The notes beneath the pieces are model-generated. The model was not told where the DNA came from and searched no databases. It saw only the letters and a list, made by a program, of their open reading frames with translations. The position numbers and the translations under genes were made by a program. This document shows positions 7,771 through 16,081 of a stretch of DNA of 20,087 bases, in pieces. Each line of letters starts with the position of its first letter. The stretch's first letter is position 1. Location: assembly GCA_026014495.1 (NCBI GenBank), contig JAOZIF010000074.1, positions 1 to 20,087 on the forward strand, written 5' to 3'. This DNA is from Candidatus Bathyarchaeum sp. (lineage in GTDB: Archaea; Thermoproteota; Bathyarchaeia; Bathyarchaeales; Bathyarchaeaceae).

Positions 7771-8688
7771 ATGATATGCGACAAGTATAATCGCCCAGTT
7801 CTTAACCTCAGGATTTCGGTTACCCAAAAATGTGACAAACATTGCCCATACTGTCACAGGGAAGGTGAAAGAAACCCCTCTACATTAATGACTGTGGATG
7901 AGATTGTGCGCATAGTCCGTTTAGCCATCAACCTTGGAATTTCCCGAATTAAACTAACAGGAGGAGAACCCCTTCTGCGCAAAGAAATCGTTGATATTGT
8001 CAGGGGCATAAATGGACTTGAAGGCTTAACTGACCTGTCGATGACCACTAATGGCACTCATCTGAAGGGTTTGGCTAAAGACCTGAAAGCAGCAGGACTA
8101 AGCCGAGTGAACATTAGTCTTCCCACTCTAGACCCAGACGTGTATAACTCGCTCATGGGAGGCAACCTACAAGATGCCCTTGACGGAGTTAAAGCTGCAG
8201 TAGATGCTGGAATGCAGCCCGTGAAACTAAACATGCTGGTGCTCAAAACCGTGAATGACACCGAAGTAGATTGCATGATAGAGTTTGCGGCACAGAATGG
8301 AACAATATTGCAGATGATTGAGTTGGAGCCAATTAACCTTAGCAAAGATTACTATGAGCGCTACCATGTTGGCTTGGATGCAATTGAACATAAATTAGAA
8401 AAATTGGCGTCGAAGACACAGGTTAGAAAGTTTATGCAGAAACGGCGAGTTTACGTTCTGCCGAAAGGGAAAGTTGAACTTATTCATCCAATAGAAAACA
8501 CGGAGTTTTGTGCGAACTGCACCCGCATTCGCGTGACAAGCGACGGCAAACTTAAGCCGTGCCTAATGAGAAAAGATAATCTAGTAGACATTCTATCGCC
8601 CATGCGAAATGGAGCCGATGATAAAAAACTAAAAGAAGTCTTCATTGAAGCCATCAACAAGCGTGAACCATTCTATAAGCCAAACTAG
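7771..8688 (+). CDS. moaA: GTP 3',8-cyclase (molybdenum/tungsten cofactor biosynthesis)
   Basis: D...RP...LRISVT..C...C.YC (CDKHCPYC), TGGEPLLR, SMTTNG, RVNISL, C-terminal CANCTRIRVTSDGKLKPC cluster motif. Start taken at ATG 7771. Confidence 0.95.
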   Translation: MICDKYNRPVLNLRISVTQKCDKHCPYCHREGERNPSTLMTVDEIVRIVRLAINLGISRIKLTGGEPLLRKEIVDIVRGINGLEGLTDLSMTTNGTHLKGLAKDLKAAGLSRVNISLPTLDPDVYNSLMGGNLQDALDGVKAAVDAGMQPVKLNMLVLKTVNDTEVDCMIEFAAQNGTILQMIELEPINLSKDYYERYHVGLDAIEHKLEKLASKTQVRKFMQKRRVYVLPKGKVELIHPIENTEFCANCTRIRVTSDGKLKPCLMRKDNLVDILSPMRNGADDKKLKEVFIEAINKREPFYKPN

Positions 8689-8787
8689 ACATCCTATATA
8701 AAATGGGGACTAGCGTGTGTTTTGACCCGAAAACCTTAGAACTAACGATGCCCTCTAGAAAAAGACAATACACGCCTGAACTTTGGA

Positions 8788-9972
8788 ATGATGAATATTT
8801 TGATGTCCGAAGAATCTTTGCCAAGTTCCAGTTCTAGCAAGAGGTCTTATGCCCTTGCCGCAATAATCATGTTACTTGTTGTCAGCACTTTAGTGTTTGC
8901 TGTGGCTTTTTTGAATCTTCAAAACCAAATGGAAGCCATGGACACTCGCATTACTGAGCAGAGCAGTGAAATCCAACAACTGCAAAACCAGCTTGATATC
9001 TTTGGTGCAATCAATCAAACAGGCGTGATGCCTTGGTCTACGATTTACAATCAGCTAAAAGATTCTGTTGTTCTTATCCAAACCGACCTTGGCTTAGGCT
9101 CAGGGTTCGTGTATGACCTTGAAGGGCACATTGTAACTAACTATCATGTAATAGAAAGCGCAGAACTCATACAGGTTACATTCTTGGATGGAAACATAAC
9201 TTCAGCCAGCGTAGTTGGCATGGACATCTACAGCGATTTAGCCGTCATAAAAGTTGATTCAATAGTTACAACGCTACAGCCTGTAGTTCTTGGCAGCTCC
9301 TCTGAACTTGCAGTGGGCGAACCAATCGCCGCTATGGGCAACCCGTTTGGTCTGAGCAGTACCCTAACAGTGGGCGTAGTTTCATCTCTTGAAAGAAATT
9401 TAGAGGCCACTGGAGGATACCTGATTATAGATGTAATTCAAATTGACGCAGCAGTGAACCCCGGCAACTCTGGCGGTCCCTTGGTTAATCTAAACGGTCA
9501 AGTTGTGGGCGTGAACACGGCCATTGAGTCAGAGACTGGCGCATTCACAGGCATAGGTTTCGCAGTGCCCTCGGACACAATTAAACGAGAAATTGACGTC
9601 CTAATAGAAACTGGAGGCTACGACCATCCGTGGGTAGGCATCTCTGTTTTGGAGATGAACCTAGCGCTTGCTGATGTCATTGGCTTAGATAAAGTTCAAG
9701 GTCTTCTTGTGATGAATGTGACCGCTGGAAGTCCAGCAGATTGGGCTGGGCTAAGAGCTGGAAATGAGTATGCCATTGTTGATGGGCTAGAAGTTCTGAT
9801 TGGCGGAGACGTAATCATACAAGTTGATGGAATTCCCGTTATAACCATGAACGACTTTGTGGTTTACATGGAAAGAAACATCCGCCCCGAAGATTCTGTG
9901 ACGTTAGGAGTTATCAGAGACGGGCATGAACTAGAGTTAATTGTAACTTTAGGCGAAAGACCCCAACCATAA
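8788..9972 (+). CDS. htrA: Membrane-anchored HtrA/DegP-family serine protease with one PDZ domain
   Basis: N-terminal TM plus coiled coil. Catalytic triad motifs TNYHV, DLAVIK and GNSGGPL. PDZ motifs 'GSPADWAGL...GDVI'. Confidence 0.93.
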   Translation: MMNILMSEESLPSSSSSKRSYALAAIIMLLVVSTLVFAVAFLNLQNQMEAMDTRITEQSSEIQQLQNQLDIFGAINQTGVMPWSTIYNQLKDSVVLIQTDLGLGSGFVYDLEGHIVTNYHVIESAELIQVTFLDGNITSASVVGMDIYSDLAVIKVDSIVTTLQPVVLGSSSELAVGEPIAAMGNPFGLSSTLTVGVVSSLERNLEATGGYLIIDVIQIDAAVNPGNSGGPLVNLNGQVVGVNTAIESETGAFTGIGFAVPSDTIKREIDVLIETGGYDHPWVGISVLEMNLALADVIGLDKVQGLLVMNVTAGSPADWAGLRAGNEYAIVDGLEVLIGGDVIIQVDGIPVITMNDFVVYMERNIRPEDSVTLGVIRDGHELELIVTLGERPQP

Positions 9973-10030
9973 CCTGATGAAGCATTACGCATCAAAACTG
10001 TGCTCAGAAAAAAGATAGCGTGCACATGTT

Positions 10031-10360
10031 TTAGAATGTTTTTTGTTGATGGGTTTTGTCTTCTTTTAGGCATTGAGGACATACACATTCAAATGGCAGA
10101 TTTTTTGTTTCACAAAGCTCAGCGTAATTGCAGTCTGAGCATGAAAAAACGTTACTGCATATCAGACAATTTTGCAGGAACACAACTTCATCGTTTAAAA
10201 TGCTGGATAAAGTGTTAGTGAGTTCTTCGATTTTGTCGAAACTTTTTATGCTGTACACTCCTTTGTCGCGATTGTATTCAAGACCAAGCCGTAGTAGGCG
10301 GCTGAATTTTTCTCTTTCAAGGTAAGGAAGTGTGAACGATTTTTTATTCAAAACCACCAT
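10031..10360 (-). CDS. Hypothetical protein with an 8-Cys C-terminal metal-binding cluster, 109 aa
   Basis: C-x2-C-x5-C-x2-C-x5-C-x8-C-x-C-x2-C. ATG at 10360 has an AGGTG RBS overlapping the rfcL stop (an alternative GTG lies at 10369). Confidence 0.8.
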   Translation of the reverse strand: MVVLNKKSFTLPYLEREKFSRLLRLGLEYNRDKGVYSIKSFDKIEELTNTLSSILNDEVVFLQNCLICSNVFSCSDCNYAELCETKNLPFECVCPQCLKEDKTHQQKTF

Positions 10361-10369
10361 GTTTGACAC

Positions 10370-11599
10370 CTAGATGTTGTTCATCGCCTTGAGATAGTCT
10401 ACTTCTTCAGGCTCTAGTTTAAGCCAAGAAGGTATTTGACTTGTTTTTTGTTTCTCTAAAATAATCTTGAGGAACGGGACAATATCTGTTTTAGCGGTAG
10501 TCTGTGAAACGTGACAATTCCGAGCTATTTTTGCGCAAATATTATTCAGTTTTGTTCTTTTGCCTTTGGTCCAAAACAACTTCATTATGCGCATTGGTGG
10601 GAATATGACTTCAAATGGTTTAAACGACTCTGGAGAAACCGTTCCAGCCTCGGCAATATAGTTAAAAAAGTACTTCAAAAGGCGCCAGTTTTCTGTTCCC
10701 ACTCTGCCTCTAAACAAATCTGCCCTTGAAACAAAATCGTACGCCTTTGCCAAATCCTCTGGGTCAGGGTATCTGAGTGGAAGATTGTCACTGATTGAAA
10801 GCATGAAATCGTCATAGTTGACGTTTGAACGGTTAAGAATCATTGCTGCTTCTCCAACAGATTGCGCCGAAAACACTCCCATAAGCGTTTCATACATGCC
10901 GATATCTTTGCTTCTTAAACTTAGAAACATGGTGTCTTGAACGGTTAGAACTGCTTTTCCTTCAGAACTGCTTTGCAGATCATTTATTGCAGACCGCATG
11001 TCGCCTCGGCTGTTCTGTGCAATTCTTTCAAGGGCTTCAAATTCGGCTTTAATGTTTTCTAGGGCACAAATTTTTTGTAAAGTAATTATTATCAAAGGTA
11101 TGCGTACTGGATGAAACCGTATCATCTGGCAGACTTTTTTTAGTGGTCTAAGTTTTTTTATGTCTGTGTTGTTGGCAGCCATTACAACGGGAATGAGCGA
11201 CTCTTTGACGATGTTGATTATGGCTTTTATTCCGCCTCTGTCCTGTTGACCAAAAACTCCGTCAACCTCATCCAAGAACAGTATGTTGCCCTTGGTGTTA
11301 GCAGTGAACGTGTCCAAGGCAACGAAAGATGTGGCTGGTTTGCCTACCTTGTTGATTGCCTTTTCTGTTCGAGTGTCGCTTGCGTTCATTTCAATAATTG
11401 TAAAGTTAAACTGGTTTGAGGCTGCGTTCACCATCGCAGTTTTTCCTACACCTGCGGGTCCATAAAGTAGCACTGCCTTTTTTCGTCGCCGTTTGTTTGT
11501 TAACCAGTTAACGAACGTGGTTTTTGCTAGTTCGTTGCCTACTACGTCTGAAATCTTTTTTGGGCGATACTTTTCAACCCATAAAAGATCGTTATTCAC
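10370..11599 (-). CDS. rfcL: Replication factor C large subunit
   Basis: WVEKYRP, Walker A GPAGVGKT, EMNASD.R, Walker B FLDEVDG, sensor GDMRSAINDLQ. Directly downstream of rfcS. Confidence 0.95.
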   Translation of the reverse strand: MNNDLLWVEKYRPKKISDVVGNELAKTTFVNWLTNKRRRKKAVLLYGPAGVGKTAMVNAASNQFNFTIIEMNASDTRTEKAINKVGKPATSFVALDTFTANTKGNILFLDEVDGVFGQQDRGGIKAIINIVKESLIPVVMAANNTDIKKLRPLKKVCQMIRFHPVRIPLIIITLQKICALENIKAEFEALERIAQNSRGDMRSAINDLQSSSEGKAVLTVQDTMFLSLRSKDIGMYETLMGVFSAQSVGEAAMILNRSNVNYDDFMLSISDNLPLRYPDPEDLAKAYDFVSRADLFRGRVGTENWRLLKYFFNYIAEAGTVSPESFKPFEVIFPPMRIMKLFWTKGKRTKLNNICAKIARNCHVSQTTAKTDIVPFLKIILEKQKTSQIPSWLKLEPEEVDYLKAMNNI

Positions 11600-11613
11600 T
11601 TATGTTCCCCTTT

Positions 11614-12591
11614 TTATTTTCCAAACTTTGAGAACTGAGCAAGTAATGCACTTAATTGGATGTCGCTGTTTGCGCCTTGCGTAAGCCTGTAGTCGTATTC
11701 TCCTATGATGTTTGTTAGTTCAGCCTTTTCGGTGTCAGATAAGTATGCAACTTTGAGTAATTCGCGCTGCATCTGGCGCACTATTTCTGAACCAGAAAAA
11801 CCATACTGCCCAATTAGGTCGTACATCAGTTTTCTTGCTTCTACAAAGTTGCCATTAAGCGCCTTGTTAAGCATTGCCTGTACTTGTCTGGGGCTTGCTT
11901 CACCAAACACTTGAAGAACTGTTTGCTCATCTATGACACCTGTTTGGTATGCAGCGGCGGTTTGCAGCGAATTTATTGCGTGTCGGAGGTCGCCTTCAGA
12001 GTATTCTACGATTCTTTCTGCTGCCTCTTCTAACAGCTGTATATCTTCTTTATCGGCAATCTTTTTGAGATGCTCTATCATGGCAATCTTGTCTAGTTTT
12101 GAGAATCTGAATATAGCACAACGGCTCTGAATTGGCTCAATAATTTTGCTCGAGTAATTACATATTAGAATAAATCTGCTGGTTCGAGAACTGGTTTCCA
12201 TTATTCTTCTGAGAGCTGTTTGGGCAGGTCCGGTCATTTGGTCGCTTTCATCTAGTATTATGAGAGAGTAAGGTGCGTCTCCAAAGCCTGTTCTGCCGTA
12301 GCGGGAGAAGTCTTTAATCCTGTCCCTTACGGTGTTGATTCCTCTTTCATCAGACGCGTTAAGCTCTAAGGTAAAAGATTTCCATTTATCTCCAAACAAT
12401 TCGCGTGCAATACATAAGGCAACTGTTGTTTTTCCTGTGCCTGGTATTCCAGCTAAAAGCAGATGTGGCATTGACTGTGGATTTTTAAGGAAAGCTTGGA
12501 GGCTTTCTACAACATGGTGTAGGTCCACAATTTCGTCTAGTGTTTTTGGTCGATACTTTTCAACCCACATAACTTCATCATTAAGCTTCAT
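11614..12591 (-). CDS. rfcS: Replication factor C small subunit, no intein
   Basis: WVEKYRP, PHLLLAGIPGTGKT, LELNASDERG, ILDESD, ALRRIME, IIEPIQSRC (SRC motif), GDLRHAIN. Confidence 0.97.
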   Translation of the reverse strand: MKLNDEVMWVEKYRPKTLDEIVDLHHVVESLQAFLKNPQSMPHLLLAGIPGTGKTTVALCIARELFGDKWKSFTLELNASDERGINTVRDRIKDFSRYGRTGFGDAPYSLIILDESDQMTGPAQTALRRIMETSSRTSRFILICNYSSKIIEPIQSRCAIFRFSKLDKIAMIEHLKKIADKEDIQLLEEAAERIVEYSEGDLRHAINSLQTAAAYQTGVIDEQTVLQVFGEASPRQVQAMLNKALNGNFVEARKLMYDLIGQYGFSGSEIVRQMQRELLKVAYLSDTEKAELTNIIGEYDYRLTQGANSDIQLSALLAQFSKFGK

Positions 12592-12770
12592 AACTAATGC
12601 TCCCGTAACCGTGTGACAAGTAACGTGTTAAGTTCCACTAATTTATTTTGCTATATGCCTTTATAACTGGAACAGAGCCCTGCACATCTGCCGAGCGATA
12701 TTTTGGATTTACATTTGTAATTCACAATACATATAACCAAATTCTGGCAAAAGGAAAACGGGGACACCCC

Positions 12771-13265
12771 ATGGCATATGATGCAATAAAAAAAGCTAAA
12801 GCACTACTGGTTCAAAAGGAGAACCTTGAAAAAGTTAAGTCACTGATTCTCCGAAAGGAACTCTTTGAAAGCACTAAACCAGTTTCTTTTCAAACAGAAC
12901 ACGTTGACAAACCTAAACCAGCCTCTATCCGAAATGAACATGTTGAAAACTCAGAAAAATCAAAGTTGATGATATGCATTGAAGTTCTTTGCACCTTGGT
13001 TTCTAGCGGTCCTATGACCATGACCCAACTGTTGAATAGGTTTGAAATGGATGAGTGTCGTTTGGAGCCTCATGTAAGGCTATTGTGGAATCGGGGTCTT
13101 ATTGAGGAAGAAACTTTTGACAATGACACAGCCTATTATGTTGTAACCGAAAGAGGCCTAACAGTGCTTAAGGTTGTTAGCCCGCTGATTAGAGAGGCAC
13201 ACAAGATTCAGATACGTGACCTTGAATTGATTTCAAGCACACTTTCAGGGGCAGGTTATTCATAG
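12771..13265 (+). CDS. Winged helix-turn-helix protein, probable regulator, with an N-terminal low-complexity extension, 164 aa
   Basis: C-terminal 'IEVL..L...GPMTMTQL......L..HV..L..RGLIEE......YVVTERG..VL' wHTH pattern. Start taken at ATG 12771, with ATATAA about 35 nt upstream. Confidence 0.78.
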   Translation: MAYDAIKKAKALLVQKENLEKVKSLILRKELFESTKPVSFQTEHVDKPKPASIRNEHVENSEKSKLMICIEVLCTLVSSGPMTMTQLLNRFEMDECRLEPHVRLLWNRGLIEEETFDNDTAYYVVTERGLTVLKVVSPLIREAHKIQIRDLELISSTLSGAGYS

Positions 13266-13291
13266 AGTAGGTATTCACAGACTGCTCGTTT

Positions 13292-13317
13292 ACTGGACGC
13301 TTCCAGTTCTTTTTCTT
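13292..13317 (+). terminator. Hairpin plus T-rich tract after the wHTH gene
   Basis: ACTGGA-CGCT-TCCAGT (6-bp stem, 13292-13307) followed by TCTTTTTCTT, 26 nt after the stop. Confidence 0.5.
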
Positions 13318-13380
13318 ACTAGTAGTGTAGAAGCTGGGCGCCTAAAAACAGAAACAAACAAGATGTGTGCATTTCTGTTG

Positions 13381-13947
13381 TTAGTGTTCTTTTTTGTTTT
13401 TTGAGAATCCGTAGGTTCCTAGTTTTTTGTGCAGGCTCCAGTATTCGCCTTGGTTGTATGTGAATGGGGCTGCTTTTGTGAAGTCAATGTTTCCTTTTTC
13501 GTCTAGGATTGATTGGTTGATGTGGACTTGCACAGTTTCTCCAATAAACAGGTCATGTGTGCCCAATGAAACTGTTTTTTTCAAAACGCACTCTATGTTT
13601 ACTGGGCATTCACGGATTAGTGGAGCCTTGACGTTGTCTGCTTTTTCTGGAGTTAGTTTTGTTTCAGAAAACTTGTCGATGTCTTTTCCGGATGTTATTC
13701 CACAGTAGTCTGTTTCTTGTATGATTTTGGTTGCGGGAATGTTTACAACAAATTCTTTGCTGTTTGTTATCAGTTTATGAGAGTATCGTGTTGGTCTGAC
13801 TCCTAACCCTATCATGGGCGGTTCAGAGCATACTGTTCCAGCCCATGCTAAAGTGATTATGTTAGGTTTTCCCGTGGAATCTATGCAGGTTACAAGAACA
13901 ACTGGACAAGGAAATAGTGCAGTATACGATTTCTTTGTGATTTTCAT
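13381..13947 (-). CDS. Flavin reductase-like FMN-binding protein (flavoredoxin, DIM6/NTAB family), 188 aa
   Basis: LFPCPVVLVT...GKPNIITLAW.G..CSEPP, EFVVNIP, CG..SG...DKF, APLIRECP..IEC, GTHDLFIGE. Start taken at ATG 13947. Confidence 0.9.
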   Translation of the reverse strand: MKITKKSYTALFPCPVVLVTCIDSTGKPNIITLAWAGTVCSEPPMIGLGVRPTRYSHKLITNSKEFVVNIPATKIIQETDYCGITSGKDIDKFSETKLTPEKADNVKAPLIRECPVNIECVLKKTVSLGTHDLFIGETVQVHINQSILDEKGNIDFTKAAPFTYNQGEYWSLHKKLGTYGFSKNKKEH

Positions 13948-14079
13948 GAACAACCGTTTTGTTGGAACTGCTATTAACACTTTCTAAGATATATGTGAAC
14001 AGATTTTGTTACATTATGAATTAGTACATTAAATTCATAACATATTTAGAATCGGAACAAGAACTAAAGCCAATAATAT

Positions 14080-15339
14080 GTGTGCGGGTCCTGTTTGAGT
14101 AAATTCACAAAAAACAATAAGGCACTTAGCCCAGTTATAGCTTCGATTATTTTAATTGCAGTTGTAGTAGCTGTCTCTGTCGCAGCAACCACATGGATGG
14201 GTTCAATGTCCCTTAACTTCATGCAGGTTGACGATTTGAGAATAACTGACAGCTCATGGGCTTCAGACATTTCCTATGTTGACTTAACCGTTAAAAATCT
14301 GGGAACAAGCTCAGCTACAATCAGCGAGGTAGAAGTAAACGACGTAACCGCCAGTGATGTATCAATTGTTTCAGGTGACTCAAAATTAGATGCTGGCGAA
14401 ACAGCAGTTCTCAGAGTAATTCAAAGCTTCACATCATCAAATAAATATGAATTCACGGTTGTCACTGCATCGGCCACAAAAATTGTATATGTTTCCACAG
14501 CTTGTTCTGGGTCTTCGGAAACATGGTACAACCCATTTTGGAGTAACAGAAAAACAGTAACAATCGACAACACCTTAAACCCAGATGATTTAACGGATTA
14601 TCAGATTCAGCTTATTGTTGAGTATGACTCGGACATGCTCGCCGATTTTTCTGACTTACGTTTCACAGCAAACGACAAGCAGACCTTAATTTCTTACTGG
14701 ATTGAAAGCTATGTCCCGTCAGACTCCGCAGTGGTATGGATTAAGGTTCCATCCATTTCTGCATCGTCCACTGAAACAATTTACATGTATTACGCAAATC
14801 CCTCAGCCACTTCAGAAAGCAGCCCTGACCAAACATTTAACCAATTTTTTAACTTTACACGAGACGGAGTAGTAAGCTATGGGGGTTCGAGTCAGGATGC
14901 GGATTCGTCACAGTGGGAAATAATTGACGATACTACCTTGAGAATGTGGGGAAACAACTGGAAAGCAATCATGAACACATTAACTGTTGCTGGCGACGGC
15001 AGCCAAGCAATCTGCTTTGATTTTAAGAGCACCGGAACTCAGGCAGAAATAAACGGAGTAGGAGTAGACACAGACAACAGCGTAAGCAATAACCTATTCT
15101 ACAGAGTATACGGAACCCAAAGCTGGGGAATTAGCGACCACTATGGATACACAGGTGCAGGAAACTGGCAGGCATACACCATAATTTTAGATAACTTCAG
15201 TGGCGACTTTAACAGAATTGTATTCGCTAACGACGCTGATAGCGTAGAAGGAAACGACGTCTGTTACCGAAACGTAAGAGTAACAAAATACACAGCCACA
15301 GCGCCCTCCACAGACGTAGGCACAGAAGAAACACTCTAA
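14080..15339 (+). CDS. Archaeal type IV pilin-like protein fused to DUF2341 and a lectin-like beta module (start uncertain: GTG 14080 or TTG 14095)
   Basis: Class III signal peptide KNNKA|LSPVIASIILIAVVVAVSVAA and a pilin globular domain. From about 14521, DUF2341-type motifs W..RK.VTI, DYQIQL, DFSDLRFT, SYWIE, VWIKVP and IYMYY.NP.A.SES. Confidence 0.85.
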   Translation: MCGSCLSKFTKNNKALSPVIASIILIAVVVAVSVAATTWMGSMSLNFMQVDDLRITDSSWASDISYVDLTVKNLGTSSATISEVEVNDVTASDVSIVSGDSKLDAGETAVLRVIQSFTSSNKYEFTVVTASATKIVYVSTACSGSSETWYNPFWSNRKTVTIDNTLNPDDLTDYQIQLIVEYDSDMLADFSDLRFTANDKQTLISYWIESYVPSDSAVVWIKVPSISASSTETIYMYYANPSATSESSPDQTFNQFFNFTRDGVVSYGGSSQDADSSQWEIIDDTTLRMWGNNWKAIMNTLTVAGDGSQAICFDFKSTGTQAEINGVGVDTDNSVSNNLFYRVYGTQSWGISDHYGYTGAGNWQAYTIILDNFSGDFNRIVFANDADSVEGNDVCYRNVRVTKYTATAPSTDVGTEETL

Positions 15340-15445
15340 CAACTACCATGTATTTGTGCCAGTTTAATTGGCAGATATAGCCCCCAAAAATGCAAAATCT
15401 CAGGTTTTTCGTCATAAAAATTTGATACAGGCAATTGAATTTAGC

Positions 15446-15453
15446 TTTTATAT
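15446..15453 (+). promoter_or_regulatory. TATA box of the gins-mcm-hel308 operon
   Basis: TTTTATAT about 55 nt upstream of the TTG at 15506, in the only sizeable gap before the three tightly packed genes. Confidence 0.5.
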
Positions 15454-15505
15454 CTGTCCGTCACATTGTTTGTGGGGCAAAACGTCTGCCCAAGGAGAAC
15501 TGGGA

Positions 15506-16081
15506 TTGTCTGCTGACCCTGCAAAATTTATTCAAGACGCTGATTTCGTCTTCGAAAATACGCCTGTTAAGGTAGTGGCAAACAGGAACAACCCAGCAAT
15601 CGAACTTCCAGGCATAAAAGTTGGACCCTTTCAAGAAGGAAAAGAGTACGAAGTCATGTATTGGGTAGCCACGGAGCTAAAAAAGGCTGGAATAGCTCGC
15701 ATCCGCATGGAAGAACCAATAGATGTGACTATGCTAAACAAGATACACTGGAAAGAACGTGTGCAGACATCACAAAAGACCACATCGCTTCCCGAGGACT
15801 TTTACCCTAAACTGCGACGTTACCTCGAAGAGCTAAATGAGCAGGCTATCAAAAAGCCAGAAAAAAGAAGCGATTATGAGAAAGCAAAAAATCTCTCCGA
15901 TGACATAACGCGGATGAGACTCAAAAAGATAGTTGCTTTAGCTTCATCTGGAAGAGACCAAACAGGTCAAATCCTGCGGAGCTTAACAAAAGAAGAAAAA
16001 TATGTGTATGAATCTTTACACAAGATTATTAACGACTGGAAAAATGGAATTCTAAAATCCAAAGGAGGCGACAGAACATGA
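15506..16081 (+). CDS. gins23: GINS complex subunit, Gins23 (B-A domain order) type, 191 aa
   Basis: N-terminal beta-rich B domain (VKVV...GPF..G..YEV..WVA..L...G), then a helical A domain (LPEDFY..LR.Y, R..KIV.LA, LT.EE). ATGA overlap with mcm. TTG start with AAGGAG upstream. Confidence 0.85.
   Translation: MSADPAKFIQDADFVFENTPVKVVANRNNPAIELPGIKVGPFQEGKEYEVMYWVATELKKAGIARIRMEEPIDVTMLNKIHWKERVQTSQKTTSLPEDFYPKLRRYLEELNEQAIKKPEKRSDYEKAKNLSDDITRMRLKKIVALASSGRDQTGQILRSLTKEEKYVYESLHKIINDWKNGILKSKGGDRT

Noticed and set aside
7593-7790. Cys-rich 65-aa ORF (and overlapping 61-64 aa ORFs) between the cupin and moaA
   Set aside because: Three mutually overlapping short ORFs over a divergent promoter region. 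There is no recognisable motif, and the cysteines follow from TG-rich composition.
8600-8688. MoaA lacks the C-terminal Gly-Gly motif of bacterial MoaA
   Set aside because: Archaeal MoaA proteins commonly end in an R.PY/F-type tail, as here, and both Fe-S motifs are intact.
10370-10460. RfcL is short (409 aa) with no C-terminal PIP-box tail
   Set aside because: Short large subunits are normal in TACK archaea. There is no frameshift evidence, and the next gene has its own RBS.
11565-12567. Exact 17-nt direct repeat CGATACTTTTCAACCCA at 11565-11581 and 12551-12567
   Set aside because: Both copies encode the shared WVEKYR motif of the paralogous RFC subunits. It is not an att site or a mobile-element end.
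14080-14094. N-terminal CxxC (MCGSC) on the pilin
   Set aside because: Probably an artefact of the upstream GTG. The TTG at 14095 gives a typical short basic class III leader.
12592-15505. Replication origin within the replication gene cluster
   Set aside because: No cdc6/orc1 gene, no full ORB with GGAAA and G-string, and no long duplex-unwinding element are seen.
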